A stretch of 48,029 nucleotides of DNA from Bacteroidales bacterium (GCA_031271175.1 JAISWE010000006.1:1-48029); one strand, 5' to 3'; positions 37,094 to 47,289 are shown, counted from the stretch's first letter. The notes: a model not told the origin generated them from the sequence alone. A program made the numbers and translations.

Positions 37094-39070
37094 GTGATTT
37101 TTTTGATTCTTTTTTCTGTTGCGGCATTGCTTTCCGTCATTGTCATACCGCTGGTTCCCTGTCGGTTTAAGGGTTATGTCGCGCTGGCGATTTCGGTGTG
37201 GATAGCAGCCGGTTCGTCGTGGCTGGCCATTGAAGCCCTGATGGCTCAGGGAGAGAGCGTTACGCTGGTGAGCAGTTTCATCTGGGGGCGCGTTACCTTT
37301 GCTGCAGATGAGCTTTCGGCATGGTTTATCCTGGTGATCAACCTGACGGTTTTACCGGCGACGGGCTATTCGTCCGGTTATTTCCGCGGATACACCCAGC
37401 CGGCCAATCTCAGCCTTCATTATGTGATGCTGGTGTGGATGCATCTGGCTTTGTGCATGGTGTGCCTGGTACAAAACGGGCTGGCGTTTGTTTTTATATG
37501 GGAGATGATGACGCTTGCGTCGTTTTTGCTGGTTATCTTTGAGAGCCGGCAGCGGAACATACTGCAGGCGGGGATTAATTATCTGGTGCAGATGCATGTT
37601 TCCGTCATTTTCCTGCTGGTCGCCTTTTTGGTGGTGCATGAAAGCGAAGGCGGATTTGAATTTGCCGACATCGGCGCCTATTTTGCCACCCACAGCAACT
37701 GGCCGCTGTTCCTTTTGTTTTTTGCCGGTTTCGGATTTAAGGCAGGTATTGTTCCGTTGCATACATGGCTTCCCCATGCTCATCCGGCAGCTCCTCCGCA
37801 CGTGTCGGGCATCATGTCGGGGGTGATTGTGAAAATGGGAATTTACGGTATTTTCCGGATGGCAGGCTACCTGTGTTCCGACTTGCTGCTGATCGGCAAC
37901 CTGGTATTGATCGTCGGGATGCTTACCGGCATTTACGGGATTCTCCACGCCTCCCTGCAAAGGGATATCAAGCGGCTGTTAGCGTATTGCACAGTGGAGA
38001 ACGTGGGAATTATCCTGATGGGAATGGGTTTGGGGCTTGTGGGGCAACATGCTGGCAACAGCCTGCTGATGCTGGCGGGATACGGAAGCGCCCTGTTCCA
38101 TGTGCTGAACCATGCCCTGTCAAAAGGGCTGCTTTTCCTGTGCGCCGGAACGGTTTGTCATGCCCTGCATACCCGCAATATGGACAAGATGGGCGGGCTG
38201 TTCCGGCTAATGCCTCATTCGGCGGTACTTTTCCTGACAGGAGCGCTGGCCATCGCAGGTTTACCGCCTCTTAACGGTTTCCTCTCCGAGTTTGTCCTGT
38301 TTTTCGGCCTGGTGAAAGGTATTATGGCATTCGATGTTACCGAAAGTATCGTCATTGTGATGGCATTGGCGGCCATTGCCGTTATCGGGGGACTTTCCAT
38401 GCTGACCTTTGCCAAATCGTTCGGGATCATGTTCCTGGGCAAGCCCCGCACTCCGCCTCCTTTTCCTCACGAAGCGGCGGCCATGCGCTTTTCCTGTTAC
38501 GTGCCGGCAGCGCTGGCCGTGCTGGTGGCGCTGGCGCCGCTGGCTGTTTTCGGTTTTGTTGCGGATGTTGCCGCCTCGTCGTTTCTCATTCCCCGCGCTT
38601 CTGCGGACGCGGCAGCTCTCGGCAGGCTGTTGCAGCAAATCAGCCTGATGATGGTCATGTTTGCATCGCTGGTGCTGTTCCTTGTTGCCGTCCGCAGGCT
38701 CATTACCATGCGGCTGCCTGTGCGGCTGGATGATACGTGGGGATGCGGCAGTCCCAGCTCCAGCAGCCGCATGCAATATACCGGCGGCTCATTTGCCAAG
38801 CCCGTAGGCAAACTTTTCGGATCGCTGGTTCCCTTTCGGAAAAAATATCACCGCATGGCCGACAATGTCCTCTTCCCGGATGCCGCACGCTACGACTATG
38901 CTTACGGCGATTGGGTGGAAACGGCGATTTTTGCTCCCGTAAAAAAATGGCTGAAGCGTTTCTCCTCGGTTTCGCTCCATATACAGGACGGACGCCTGCA
39001 ATGGTACATTCTTTACGGGCTGCTTTTCATTCTTGCCGTCATTCTGCTGACATGGATGAAAGTGTTATAA
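37094..39070 (+). CDS. hyfB: Hydrogenase-4 component B-like proton-translocating membrane subunit
   Basis: WEMMTL, GFKAGIVPLHTWLPHAHPAAP, KRLLAYCTVENVG, NHALSKGLLF, GLPPLNGFLSE and TWGCG...MQYT. Start uncertain (TTG 37088 or GTG 37094, after the -7 box at 37069). Confidence 0.88.
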   Translation: MIFLILFSVAALLSVIVIPLVPCRFKGYVALAISVWIAAGSSWLAIEALMAQGESVTLVSSFIWGRVTFAADELSAWFILVINLTVLPATGYSSGYFRGYTQPANLSLHYVMLVWMHLALCMVCLVQNGLAFVFIWEMMTLASFLLVIFESRQRNILQAGINYLVQMHVSVIFLLVAFLVVHESEGGFEFADIGAYFATHSNWPLFLLFFAGFGFKAGIVPLHTWLPHAHPAAPPHVSGIMSGVIVKMGIYGIFRMAGYLCSDLLLIGNLVLIVGMLTGIYGILHASLQRDIKRLLAYCTVENVGIILMGMGLGLVGQHAGNSLLMLAGYGSALFHVLNHALSKGLLFLCAGTVCHALHTRNMDKMGGLFRLMPHSAVLFLTGALAIAGLPPLNGFLSEFVLFFGLVKGIMAFDVTESIVIVMALAAIAVIGGLSMLTFAKSFGIMFLGKPRTPPPFPHEAAAMRFSCYVPAALAVLVALAPLAVFGFVADVAASSFLIPRASADAAALGRLLQQISLMMVMFASLVLFLVAVRRLITMRLPVRLDDTWGCGSPSSSSRMQYTGGSFAKPVGKLFGSLVPFRKKYHRMADNVLFPDAARYDYAYGDWVETAIFAPVKKWLKRFSSVSLHIQDGRLQWYILYGLLFILAVILLTWMKVL

Positions 39071-41002
39071 GAATTTTTCTTTGATGATTTTCCGCACATA
39101 CCGGTCTTTCCCGTTGATAACATAGAGCAGATACACGCCTGCGGGCAGGTTGCTTGTGGGCAGGGACGCCGTTGTTCCGTATGCCGCTGTTTCGGGCAAT
39201 ACGTCTTTTCCCTGCAAGTTCGTCAATCGAAGCCTGCATTTGCGGAGGGGCGCCTCTGCAAATGCGACGGCCAGCTCCTGTCCCCTTTTGATATAGGCGT
39301 TGCAGCGTACAAAACGGTCATCGGTCGGGAGGTCTTTCACAAAATCCATGCTCCGCAATTCTTTTAACAGGTGATCGTCGGGATCGACGGTAATACTGTT
39401 CACCCGATCCACCGGCAGCACAAAGTTTTCGCGGTGGCTGCGGACGGGAAGCCGCACCGTTGTATCGGCGCCGTTGAGTCTGTGCAGCCTGCATTCCAGA
39501 TCAACCGTAAACAAGGGGGTGACGGGAGAAGAGCCGGTGTGTTCCACCAGCAGTTCGAGTTGTCCGTTACCTGTTTTTGCGGAAATGTCGAAAACGGGAA
39601 ATCCTTCACCGAAATACCACTGCTGGAAGAAGTCGCCGAAATCGATACCGGTCTGTTCTTCCGCGAAAAGCCGGAAATCCGAAGCCGAGGCCGTTGCAAA
39701 AGCATATTTTTTGAGGAATCCGTTCAGGACGGCAAAGAATTTACGGTCGTCGCCGATGATTTGCCGGATCTGATGCACCAACGCCGCTCCCTTTTTGTAG
39801 GTGAGGCGTATGTCGAAAAGACGCCACTGGTCGCCGACCGATTCCTTCGGCACAAATACCGATCCGGATTTTGCCCTTGCCGCCATGACGTGCGCCTGCC
39901 TCATCCACCGGATGGCCGCCTCTTTCGAGTCGAGATATTCCAGCGCCAGGTATTCGCTATAGCTGGCAAATCCTTCGTTGATCCATATATCCTGGAAAGA
40001 GGCGCAAGTCACCAGGTTGCCGAACCACTGGTGCGCCAATTCGTGCGCTACCAGCAGCACCGCAAATTCGGACAGGGTGGTCATCGTTTGGTGTTCCATC
40101 CCGCCTCCCATCGGCGCCACACAGTGCCCGTATTTTTCTTCCGCAAAGGGATAGTCCGAATACAAGTCGGAAAACAGCTCTATCAGCGCGGCGGTGGTGT
40201 CAATGACAGCCTTGTTCTTTTGGAGGTAATCCGCCCTGTTGTATATATAATTCTGTATTTTGACCGGTTGCGCCGTGCCTTGGGGATGTGCATACTTAAT
40301 GTACTCCTGATAGTCCGACACGGCAAAGGAGATAAGGTAATAGGCTATGGGATAGTTTGTCTTCCATTCGTAGCGCAGTTTTTTCCCCGGCATCTCCCTC
40401 ACGCGGGCGAGGATTCCCGGCGCTCCCGCCTTCAAATGTGCGGGTACCGTGACAAACACATGTGCGGAATCGGCCTTGTCGGGCAGATACTGTTTGCAGG
40501 GAAACCAGCCGCGGGCATTGCAGGGTTCGGAAAGCGACCAGGTAACCGGCACCTTCCATGCATCCTCCCCCTGCGAAATAGGGTTGAAAAATTCGTTGTC
40601 CTGCGAAGGGCGGACTGCATAGCAAACCTTTAGGCGGTATGTCCTTCCCGCATGAAGGGGATGCAGCGCGTACAGGCAAGCGTTTTCCCTTTCGAACGCG
40701 ACAGGTTCCCCGTCTAAGTAAACAGAATCCACCTGCACGCCGGCATTCAGTTCTACCGTAAACCGTTGCAGTCCCGGTTTCTCGATTTCAGCCACTATTT
40801 CGGCATATCCCCTCACTTCGGTTGAGGTATTGTCCGCTTCGATATCAATCTTGTAGTACTTCACGTCATAATCATGATACCATTCCGGCACGGACAGGTA
40901 TGCTTCCGGCAGCTGGGCGACGACCGGCAGCGCTGTCCACCGGCAAAGAAACAAAATAACCGGCAACCACAAAAGCCGCCGGCCTGTTATTTTCATGTTC
41001 AT
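39065..41002 (-). CDS. M1-family aminopeptidase with type A T9SS C-terminal domain
   Basis: GGMEHQT, HELAHQWFG...WINEGFA (HExxH-x18-E), YKKGA and C-terminal LPAGVYLLYV...RKIIK. Confidence 0.92.
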   Translation of the reverse strand: MNMKITGRRLLWLPVILFLCRWTALPVVAQLPEAYLSVPEWYHDYDVKYYKIDIEADNTSTEVRGYAEIVAEIEKPGLQRFTVELNAGVQVDSVYLDGEPVAFERENACLYALHPLHAGRTYRLKVCYAVRPSQDNEFFNPISQGEDAWKVPVTWSLSEPCNARGWFPCKQYLPDKADSAHVFVTVPAHLKAGAPGILARVREMPGKKLRYEWKTNYPIAYYLISFAVSDYQEYIKYAHPQGTAQPVKIQNYIYNRADYLQKNKAVIDTTAALIELFSDLYSDYPFAEEKYGHCVAPMGGGMEHQTMTTLSEFAVLLVAHELAHQWFGNLVTCASFQDIWINEGFASYSEYLALEYLDSKEAAIRWMRQAHVMAARAKSGSVFVPKESVGDQWRLFDIRLTYKKGAALVHQIRQIIGDDRKFFAVLNGFLKKYAFATASASDFRLFAEEQTGIDFGDFFQQWYFGEGFPVFDISAKTGNGQLELLVEHTGSSPVTPLFTVDLECRLHRLNGADTTVRLPVRSHRENFVLPVDRVNSITVDPDDHLLKELRSMDFVKDLPTDDRFVRCNAYIKRGQELAVAFAEAPLRKCRLRLTNLQGKDVLPETAAYGTTASLPTSNLPAGVYLLYVINGKDRYVRKIIKEKFL

Positions 41003-41004
41003 CC

Positions 41005-41601
41005 CTATATCCCTGCTTTCAGGGCTTCCTTGATCAGTTCTTCCACTGTGGCGGATGGCCGCGATGCAAGGATCCTGTCCAGCGCTTTCTCTACCGATAC
41101 TTTTGTAAAACCCAGGTTTACCAGCGCCGACGAAGCTTCTTCCTTCGAGGAACCGGCCGCCGGCAGGAACTGGTCGCCGCCTGCGCCGGCCATGCCGATC
41201 TTGTCTTTCAAATCCACAATGATCCTCTGCGCCGTTTTCAAACCGATCCCCTTCACATTTTTCAGCACGCCGGCATTGCCTTCCGCAATGGCTTTCCGCA
41301 ATTCTTCCGCCGACAGCGAGGATAGGATCATCCGCGCCGTACCGGCGCCAACACCCGATACCGTAATCAGCAGACGGAACAGCGAACGCTCTTCCTTACC
41401 GGAAAAACCGTAGAACAGTTCGGCATCCTCACGCACTACCTGATGCAAATAGAGTTTACACATTTTTTCGCTCCCAAGGAAAGGTTGCAGGGCAGTAAAC
41501 GTATTCAGCGAAATGTGAAGCAAATACCCAAAACCGCCCGTTTGAACGGTAGCCGATATGGGATCCAGTTCCGCCAAACGGCCTTCGATAAAATCGTACA
41601 T
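41005..41601 (-). CDS. ruvA: Holliday junction branch migration protein RuvA
   Basis: VREDA..FYGF, LITVSGVG, VKGIGLKTAQRIIVDLKDK and ALVNLGF. Confidence 0.97.
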   Translation of the reverse strand: MYDFIEGRLAELDPISATVQTGGFGYLLHISLNTFTALQPFLGSEKMCKLYLHQVVREDAELFYGFSGKEERSLFRLLITVSGVGAGTARMILSSLSAEELRKAIAEGNAGVLKNVKGIGLKTAQRIIVDLKDKIGMAGAGGDQFLPAAGSSKEEASSALVNLGFTKVSVEKALDRILASRPSATVEELIKEALKAGI

Positions 41602-41608
41602 AAGGGAT

Positions 41609-41785
41609 TTAGCTTAATTCTTCCAATATTTCCTGTATTACCGACTGGCATCCACCGCAACCGGTACCGGCGGCGGTGGCTTCGCCGACTTCCTCCACCG
41701 TTTTCAGCCCGCCTGCCTTGATGGCTTCCATGATTTCTCCACGGGTGACACTCATACAGTGACAAACTGTTTCATTAGCATCCAT
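41609..41785 (-). CDS. BFD-like [2Fe-2S]-binding protein (58 aa)
   Basis: Not in the ORF track. Manual translation MDANETVCHCMSVTRGEIMEAIKAGGLKTVEEVGEATAAGTGCGGCQSVIQEILEELS shows CxC...CGxC. Confidence 0.9.
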   Translation of the reverse strand: MDANETVCHCMSVTRGEIMEAIKAGGLKTVEEVGEATAAGTGCGGCQSVIQEILEELS

Positions 41786-41823
41786 ATTTTTATGTTTTTA
41801 TTGAATTTGACATTAATTTTATG

Positions 41824-41866
41824 CAAAGTTAGCATTAAATTCTCAATTAAACAAATGGATAAAAAT
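41824..41866 (-). promoter_or_regulatory. Repeated promoter module, copy 3, upstream of bfd-ruvA-peptidase
   Basis: The minus strand reads atttttatccatttgtttaattgagaatttaatgctaactttg; 37 of 44 aligned positions match copy 1. Confidence 0.72.
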
Positions 41867-42060
41867 TAAGTCGTGCAGCGACCGCAGTTCGTACATCAAA
41901 AAAAGCTAAACCCGATTTTTCGTACATTTTGTTGAAGCCTTGATGCGCGGCGAAACCGACGACTTGCAGGCAGCAGTTCGATTTGTTGGAACAGCAAATG
42001 GCATTATACCTTGACGAGATGCAAAAACTTTGTGATGATCACTATAGGGAAGAATTTATA
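41855..42060 (+). pseudogene. Possible IS110-family transposase relic (fragmented)
   Basis: Broken-frame fragments M-D-K-(fs)-IKSC, FVEALMRGETD and QQFDLLEQQMALYLDEMQKLCDDHYREEF. They resemble, from memory, the start and coiled-coil region of Bacteroidales IS110 transposases. No catalytic motif remains. Confidence 0.35.
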
Positions 42061-42139
42061 AGGGAAAGATACTCATTTTTTTTCTAATTGCCAAATTTTT
42101 ATTTTTTCTCAGCCGACAAAGATCACACTTTTTGTTCCT

Positions 42140-43336
42140 CTATTTTCTCAGGGGTTTCACATGCGGGAGAAAAACGGCTGCGAGACCTGTCAGGGGGATA
42201 TATGCGCAAATTTTATAGACATATTCCAATCCGTTCATATCGGCGACATAGCCGAGTATGGCTGCCGCAATCCCTGCAATACCGAATGCAAGTCCAAAGA
42301 AAAGGCCGGAAATCAGTCCCACTTTGGTGGGAAGCAACTCCTGCGCATATACGAGTATGGCCGAAAACGCCGACGAGAGAATGATACCGATCATTATGCT
42401 GAGGATACATGTCCACATAAGATTTGCATAGGGCATCATCAGTGAAAACGGCGCTGTTCCGAGAATGGAAAACCAGATGACCCACTTGCGACCGAACTTG
42501 TCGCCGATGGGGCCTCCCAAGAAGGTCCCTGCCGCAGAAGCCAGCAGGTAGGCAAAGAGGAAAATCTGCGATTCCCGGTTGGTGAGGCCGAACTTTTCTA
42601 TCAGATAGAAGGTATAAAAACTGCTCAAACTTGCAGAGTAGGCATGTTTGGAAAACATCAGCGTCAAAAGGACGAACAGCGAGAAATAGATTTTCTTTTT
42701 GGACAACCGTACCCGGTGGATCACTGCCTTGGGAAGCTCTCCCGTTCTCGCCGACCTGATCCGATTCCCGTACCACCGCACAACAGGCGCTTTGGTGAAC
42801 AGAGAGATAACGGCAATGCCTGCCAGCACTACGATATATCGTTGTCCGTAGGGCGTCACAATAGCCGCAGCCAGCAACGGGCCGATCGCTCCGCCGAGAT
42901 TGCCGCCTACTTGGAAAATGGACTGTGCCAGCCCGTGCCTGCCGCCCGAAGCGTAGTGTGTCAAGCGCGATGCTTCGGGATGAATGACGGATGACCCCAG
43001 CCCGATGAAGGCTACCGATAGCATCACCCAGTGAATGGAGGAGGCAAAAGCCAGAAGCGTCAGGCCGATCATCGTGGAAGTAGTTCCTGCGCCCAGGTAC
43101 CACGGTTTGGGGTATTTGTCGAATATAATTCCCGCCACGGGCTGGAATACGGATGCGCATATCTGATACACGAAGACAATCAGGCCGATCTGTCCGAACG
43201 TGAGGGAAAGATGGTCTCTGATAACGGGATATGCCGCCGAAACAGCAGACTGAAAGGCATCGTTAAACAGATGTGCCAAGCTCAGGTACAAAAGAATGGA
43301 AAGGGATGTCCCCGTATGTTGTGATGATACTTTCAC
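42140..43336 (-). CDS. fsr: MFS transporter, fosmidomycin-resistance (Fsr) type
   Basis: HLFND..QS, GSSVIHPEASR, GLAQSIFQVGGN.G, GGPIGDKFGRK.VIW.SILG and SAFSAILVYAQEL.P. Start uncertain (GTG 43336). Confidence 0.88.
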   Translation of the reverse strand: MKVSSQHTGTSLSILLYLSLAHLFNDAFQSAVSAAYPVIRDHLSLTFGQIGLIVFVYQICASVFQPVAGIIFDKYPKPWYLGAGTTSTMIGLTLLAFASSIHWVMLSVAFIGLGSSVIHPEASRLTHYASGGRHGLAQSIFQVGGNLGGAIGPLLAAAIVTPYGQRYIVVLAGIAVISLFTKAPVVRWYGNRIRSARTGELPKAVIHRVRLSKKKIYFSLFVLLTLMFSKHAYSASLSSFYTFYLIEKFGLTNRESQIFLFAYLLASAAGTFLGGPIGDKFGRKWVIWFSILGTAPFSLMMPYANLMWTCILSIMIGIILSSAFSAILVYAQELLPTKVGLISGLFFGLAFGIAGIAAAILGYVADMNGLEYVYKICAYIPLTGLAAVFLPHVKPLRK

Positions 43337-43484
43337 AGGTATTTTGTTTTTCCCATACCTATCAAAAAAAGTGCCTAAGACATTAAAATGCGTTTGCCAC
43401 GGTAAAAAAATCGTTTTTTTTGCTTTTTTATTTTTTTTTATTACTTTTGTGCGATATTTAGATATAAATTCGTTTTTACACATC

Positions 43485-45053
43485 ATGATACGTGAAGACC
43501 ATATTCAACAATTAAAATCCGGCGCGGATGCGTGGGATTTTATTGTTATCGGCGGCGGCGCTACGGGTTTGGGTATTGCCGTCGATGCGGCGGCAAGAGG
43601 TTTTAAAACCGTGCTTTTGGAACAGTCCGATTATGCCAAATCGACCTCCTGCCGGAGTACCAAACTGGTACACGGAGGCGTTCGCTACCTGCAAAAAGGC
43701 GATGTATCACTGGTGAGAGAAGCCCTTCGGGAACGCGGAAGGCTAAGAAGAAATGCGCCTCATCTGGTCAAGGATCAACGGTTCATTATCGCCAACTACC
43801 GCTGGTGGGAACAGCCATTCTACACTGTAGGATTGATGGCGTATGACCTTCTGGCGGGCAAACTCGGTTTAGGGCGTTCGCTTCCGATAAGCAGACAGAA
43901 AGTGATTCTTTCCATACCGCAAATTATCCGCCAGAAGCTTCGCGGCGGCGTGGCATATCATGACGGACAATTCGACGATGCGCGGCTGGCCGTCAATCTG
44001 ATGCAAACCGCTACCGAAAAAGGAGCGGTGACGGTCAATTACGCAAAAGTAATCCGGCTGCTGAAAGAAAACGGTAGAATAACCGGCGTAACCGTACGCG
44101 ACGAAACGAACGGAGAATCATTCGAACTGAAAGGACATTGCATTGTCAATGCTACCGGTATTTTTGTGGACGAAATTATCCGGATGGACGACTGCGAAAA
44201 GGAACCGCTGGTACGTCCCAGTCAGGGAATTCATCTGGTAGTGGATGCCTCGTTTCTGGGCGGCAACGATGCCATCATGGTGCCGAAAACCAGCGACGGC
44301 CGCGTGCTGTTTGGCGTTCCGTGGCACAACAGGGTCATACTCGGTACCACCGATACGCCGGTGGATGAATTTGTATTGGAACCGCGGCCCATGGAAAAAG
44401 AAGTGGACTTTGTTCTACACACCGCCGCCCAATACCTGACGCGACCGCCCAAAAGAGAAGACGTGCTTTGCGTATTCGCAGGCTTAAGACCGCTGGCAGC
44501 GCCGAAAAAGAATACAATTGAAAGAAAAACGAAAGAAATATCTCGCAGCCATAAACTCATTGTTTCCGATTCGGGATTGATTACCATTACCGGCGGAAAA
44601 TGGACTACCTACCGGCAAATGGCGCAGGAAACCGTCGATCTGGCTATCAGGAAAGCCGGACTCCCGCTGAAAAAATGCGCAACAAAGGAAATGAAAATAC
44701 ACGGCTACCAAAAGACCACCGACCGGTGCAACTGGTTGTCCGTATATGGCAGCGACGGAGACAAAATACTTTCCTTGCAGGCGGAAAAACCGGAATATGC
44801 CGAAATCCTGCATCCCGCTTTCGATTTCACGGTAGCGGAAGTAGTGTGGGCGGTACGGGAAGAAATGGCGCAAACGGTAGATGACGTACTGGCGCGACGA
44901 ATGAGAGCGCTCTACCTCGATGCACGCGCTTCCATAACGATGGCGCCGAAAGTGGCAACCATTATGGCGCAGGAATTGGGTAAAAACGAAACATGGGCGA
45001 AAGCTCAAACGGAAGAATATGTTTCAATCGCAAAAGGATACCTGTTGAATTGA
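43485..45053 (+). CDS. glpD: FAD-dependent glycerol-3-phosphate dehydrogenase/oxidase
   Basis: IGGGATGLG, TS.RSTKLVHGGVRYL, DGQFDDARL, GTTD, AGLRPL and GGKWTTYR. Confidence 0.93.
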   Translation: MIREDHIQQLKSGADAWDFIVIGGGATGLGIAVDAAARGFKTVLLEQSDYAKSTSCRSTKLVHGGVRYLQKGDVSLVREALRERGRLRRNAPHLVKDQRFIIANYRWWEQPFYTVGLMAYDLLAGKLGLGRSLPISRQKVILSIPQIIRQKLRGGVAYHDGQFDDARLAVNLMQTATEKGAVTVNYAKVIRLLKENGRITGVTVRDETNGESFELKGHCIVNATGIFVDEIIRMDDCEKEPLVRPSQGIHLVVDASFLGGNDAIMVPKTSDGRVLFGVPWHNRVILGTTDTPVDEFVLEPRPMEKEVDFVLHTAAQYLTRPPKREDVLCVFAGLRPLAAPKKNTIERKTKEISRSHKLIVSDSGLITITGGKWTTYRQMAQETVDLAIRKAGLPLKKCATKEMKIHGYQKTTDRCNWLSVYGSDGDKILSLQAEKPEYAEILHPAFDFTVAEVVWAVREEMAQTVDDVLARRMRALYLDARASITMAPKVATIMAQELGKNETWAKAQTEEYVSIAKGYLLN

Positions 45054-45087
45054 AAAGTGTTCCGAATAGAGCGGCTAAAATAGCCCG

Positions 45088-46968
45088 TCATTTCCTTTTT
45101 TTGGCATTGGCTCTTGCCTGCGCTCGCTGTTGTTTTTGCAGTTCATCCAGCCGTTGCTGAAACCGCGACTTTTTCACCGGCTTGGCGCTGTTGGCATGCA
45201 ATTTTTGCAACAGTTTCTTTTCATCAATGCCGCGTTTGAAAATCTCGTTTTGTGTGATGGTAATCACGTTAGCGATGAAATAATAATAAGTCAGGCCTGC
45301 CGAATAGTTATTGAGGAAAAACATGAACATCACCGGCATGATATACATCATGGTCTTCATGCCCGGCATGGCGGAAGTATCGGTTTGTCCGCTGCTCATG
45401 CGCATACTGAAGACGGTTGCCACTGTCATCAGTATGGTAAACAGGCTGATATGGTCGCCATAGAAAGGGATGGTAAACGGCAAATTGAGAATGGAATCGT
45501 AGGTGGACAGGTCTTCGGCCCACAGGAAGGACTGTTGCCTCAGTTCGATGGACGAGGGGAAAAAACGGAACATGGCCAACAGGATGGGCATCTGCAAAAG
45601 CATGGGGAGACAGCCGCCCATAGGGCTGACGCCTGCTTTCCGGTACAGCGCCATCACAGCCTGCTGGCGTTCCATCGCTTTTTCCTTCGGAATGCGGTGG
45701 TTGATTTCGTCGATTTGCGGTTTTAATACCCGCATCTTGGCGGAAGACATGAACGATTTGAAAGTCAACGGAAGCAGGCCGGCCTTGATGATAATGGTCA
45801 TCAGCAGGATGATCAGGCCATAATTACCGATGAAGCTGCCAAGCCAGTCGAACAGCGGAATAATGATAAAGCGGTTGATCCACCGGATAATGCTCTTTCC
45901 CAGCGGCACCATCTGTTCCAGTCCGAGGTCGTATCTTTTGAGTGTATTGTAATGATTCGGGCCGAAATAGAGGCTCATGGGAATGGTTTGCGTTGTTTGC
46001 CGGCTGTTTAGTTCTATTCCGACGGCAGCTTCGTACTGCTTGATGTACCGGTGCTGCGAAGCCGGCTTTTGCGATTTCATTTCGGCAGCAACGGACTGTC
46101 CGTGAAAAATCAGCGCCCATGAAAAAAACTGCTGTTTGAAGGAAATCCAGTTCAGATAACTCTCTTTCCTGGTTTCCATTTCTTTAGTGGCGCCCAGCTC
46201 TTTCACATTGTCGCCCGCCTTGTAGAACAGCGCCGTATAAGTGTTTTCGTTTTCCGCCCCTTTTTCCTGACGGGGAGAATATGCCTGCCACTGAAAGTCA
46301 ATCATGGTTTGGTTCGAGGCAATCAGTTTATTCATGTTGACCATATTAACGTCGAACTTCATCATATATTCTCCGGCTTTCATCGTATAGCAATATTCGA
46401 TATAGGCATCGTTTTCGGATTTGAGCCGCATTTTCAGCGTGACGGAATCGTCCGAAAGGCGTATTTCACTGCGGCTGTCGGAGGGTTCGAAGAAAAGCCG
46501 GTGGGTGGAGATACTCCGGTTGTTGGAGAAAAAGTTGAATCCGAAGACGGTGGAATCACCGTTGAACAGGATGAGCGGAGTTTGGTCGTAACGTTTGTAG
46601 TTTTTCAGTTCTACCGAATAAGGACGGCCTCCTTTGGTGGAAAAAGTGACTTTCATCAGGTCGTTTTCCATGGTAATAAAGCGGTTTTCGCCTTGGGCTG
46701 CACCGGCAAAAGCGCCGAACAATTCCTTCATTTGTTGCTTCCGGACAGTGTCGGCTGTCGTGGTGTCAGGCGCAAAAAGGATACTTTCCTGTTCCGCTTT
46801 CCTGTGTTCTTCGGCCAAACGCTCTTGTGCCGCCCTGTTTAGCACAGCAATAGAATCGCGTCTGTGCTGCATCCGTTCCAGTTCTTCTTTCGACGGACGG
46901 TTCCAAATACTGTACCCCACCAATATCCCGATAATAAGTACTATTCCGATAATCGTATTTTTATCCAT
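45088..46968 (-). CDS. yidC: Membrane protein insertase YidC
   Basis: MDKNTIIG, YFGPN, NYGLII, KAGVSPMGGCLPMLLQMP and FLWAEDLSTYD. Confidence 0.97.
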   Translation of the reverse strand: MDKNTIIGIVLIIGILVGYSIWNRPSKEELERMQHRRDSIAVLNRAAQERLAEEHRKAEQESILFAPDTTTADTVRKQQMKELFGAFAGAAQGENRFITMENDLMKVTFSTKGGRPYSVELKNYKRYDQTPLILFNGDSTVFGFNFFSNNRSISTHRLFFEPSDSRSEIRLSDDSVTLKMRLKSENDAYIEYCYTMKAGEYMMKFDVNMVNMNKLIASNQTMIDFQWQAYSPRQEKGAENENTYTALFYKAGDNVKELGATKEMETRKESYLNWISFKQQFFSWALIFHGQSVAAEMKSQKPASQHRYIKQYEAAVGIELNSRQTTQTIPMSLYFGPNHYNTLKRYDLGLEQMVPLGKSIIRWINRFIIIPLFDWLGSFIGNYGLIILLMTIIIKAGLLPLTFKSFMSSAKMRVLKPQIDEINHRIPKEKAMERQQAVMALYRKAGVSPMGGCLPMLLQMPILLAMFRFFPSSIELRQQSFLWAEDLSTYDSILNLPFTIPFYGDHISLFTILMTVATVFSMRMSSGQTDTSAMPGMKTMMYIMPVMFMFFLNNYSAGLTYYYFIANVITITQNEIFKRGIDEKKLLQKLHANSAKPVKKSRFQQRLDELQKQQRAQARANAKKRK

Positions 46969-47289
46969 TCTGTTATACTCTATGTCTATTTATTTATGCA
47001 TTTACGGTGTATCTCCGTCCAACGGACGCACCATGTAAAAAACGGCAAAGGTATATGATAAAAATGACTTTTCCCACAAGGATTCGATTTTTATTCAAGG
47101 CCGACGCATTATATCCGATAGCTTCTGAAGCGTTGGATGCTCCGTTTTTCCGCACCGGCCACGCCGGTTGTTACGCCCGCATACACGGAAGCGTACTTCC
47201 GGCATGTATCCGGTACTTTTTGATACATGGCCTATTTAGATTCCTGACGATCATTCATGATTTACTCATTTAAGGAGTTATCATTACCG

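Noticed and set aside
46990-47215. Riboswitch or ncRNA upstream of yidC
   Set aside because: Only isolated short hairpins are present, with no recognisable Rfam-type conserved motif.
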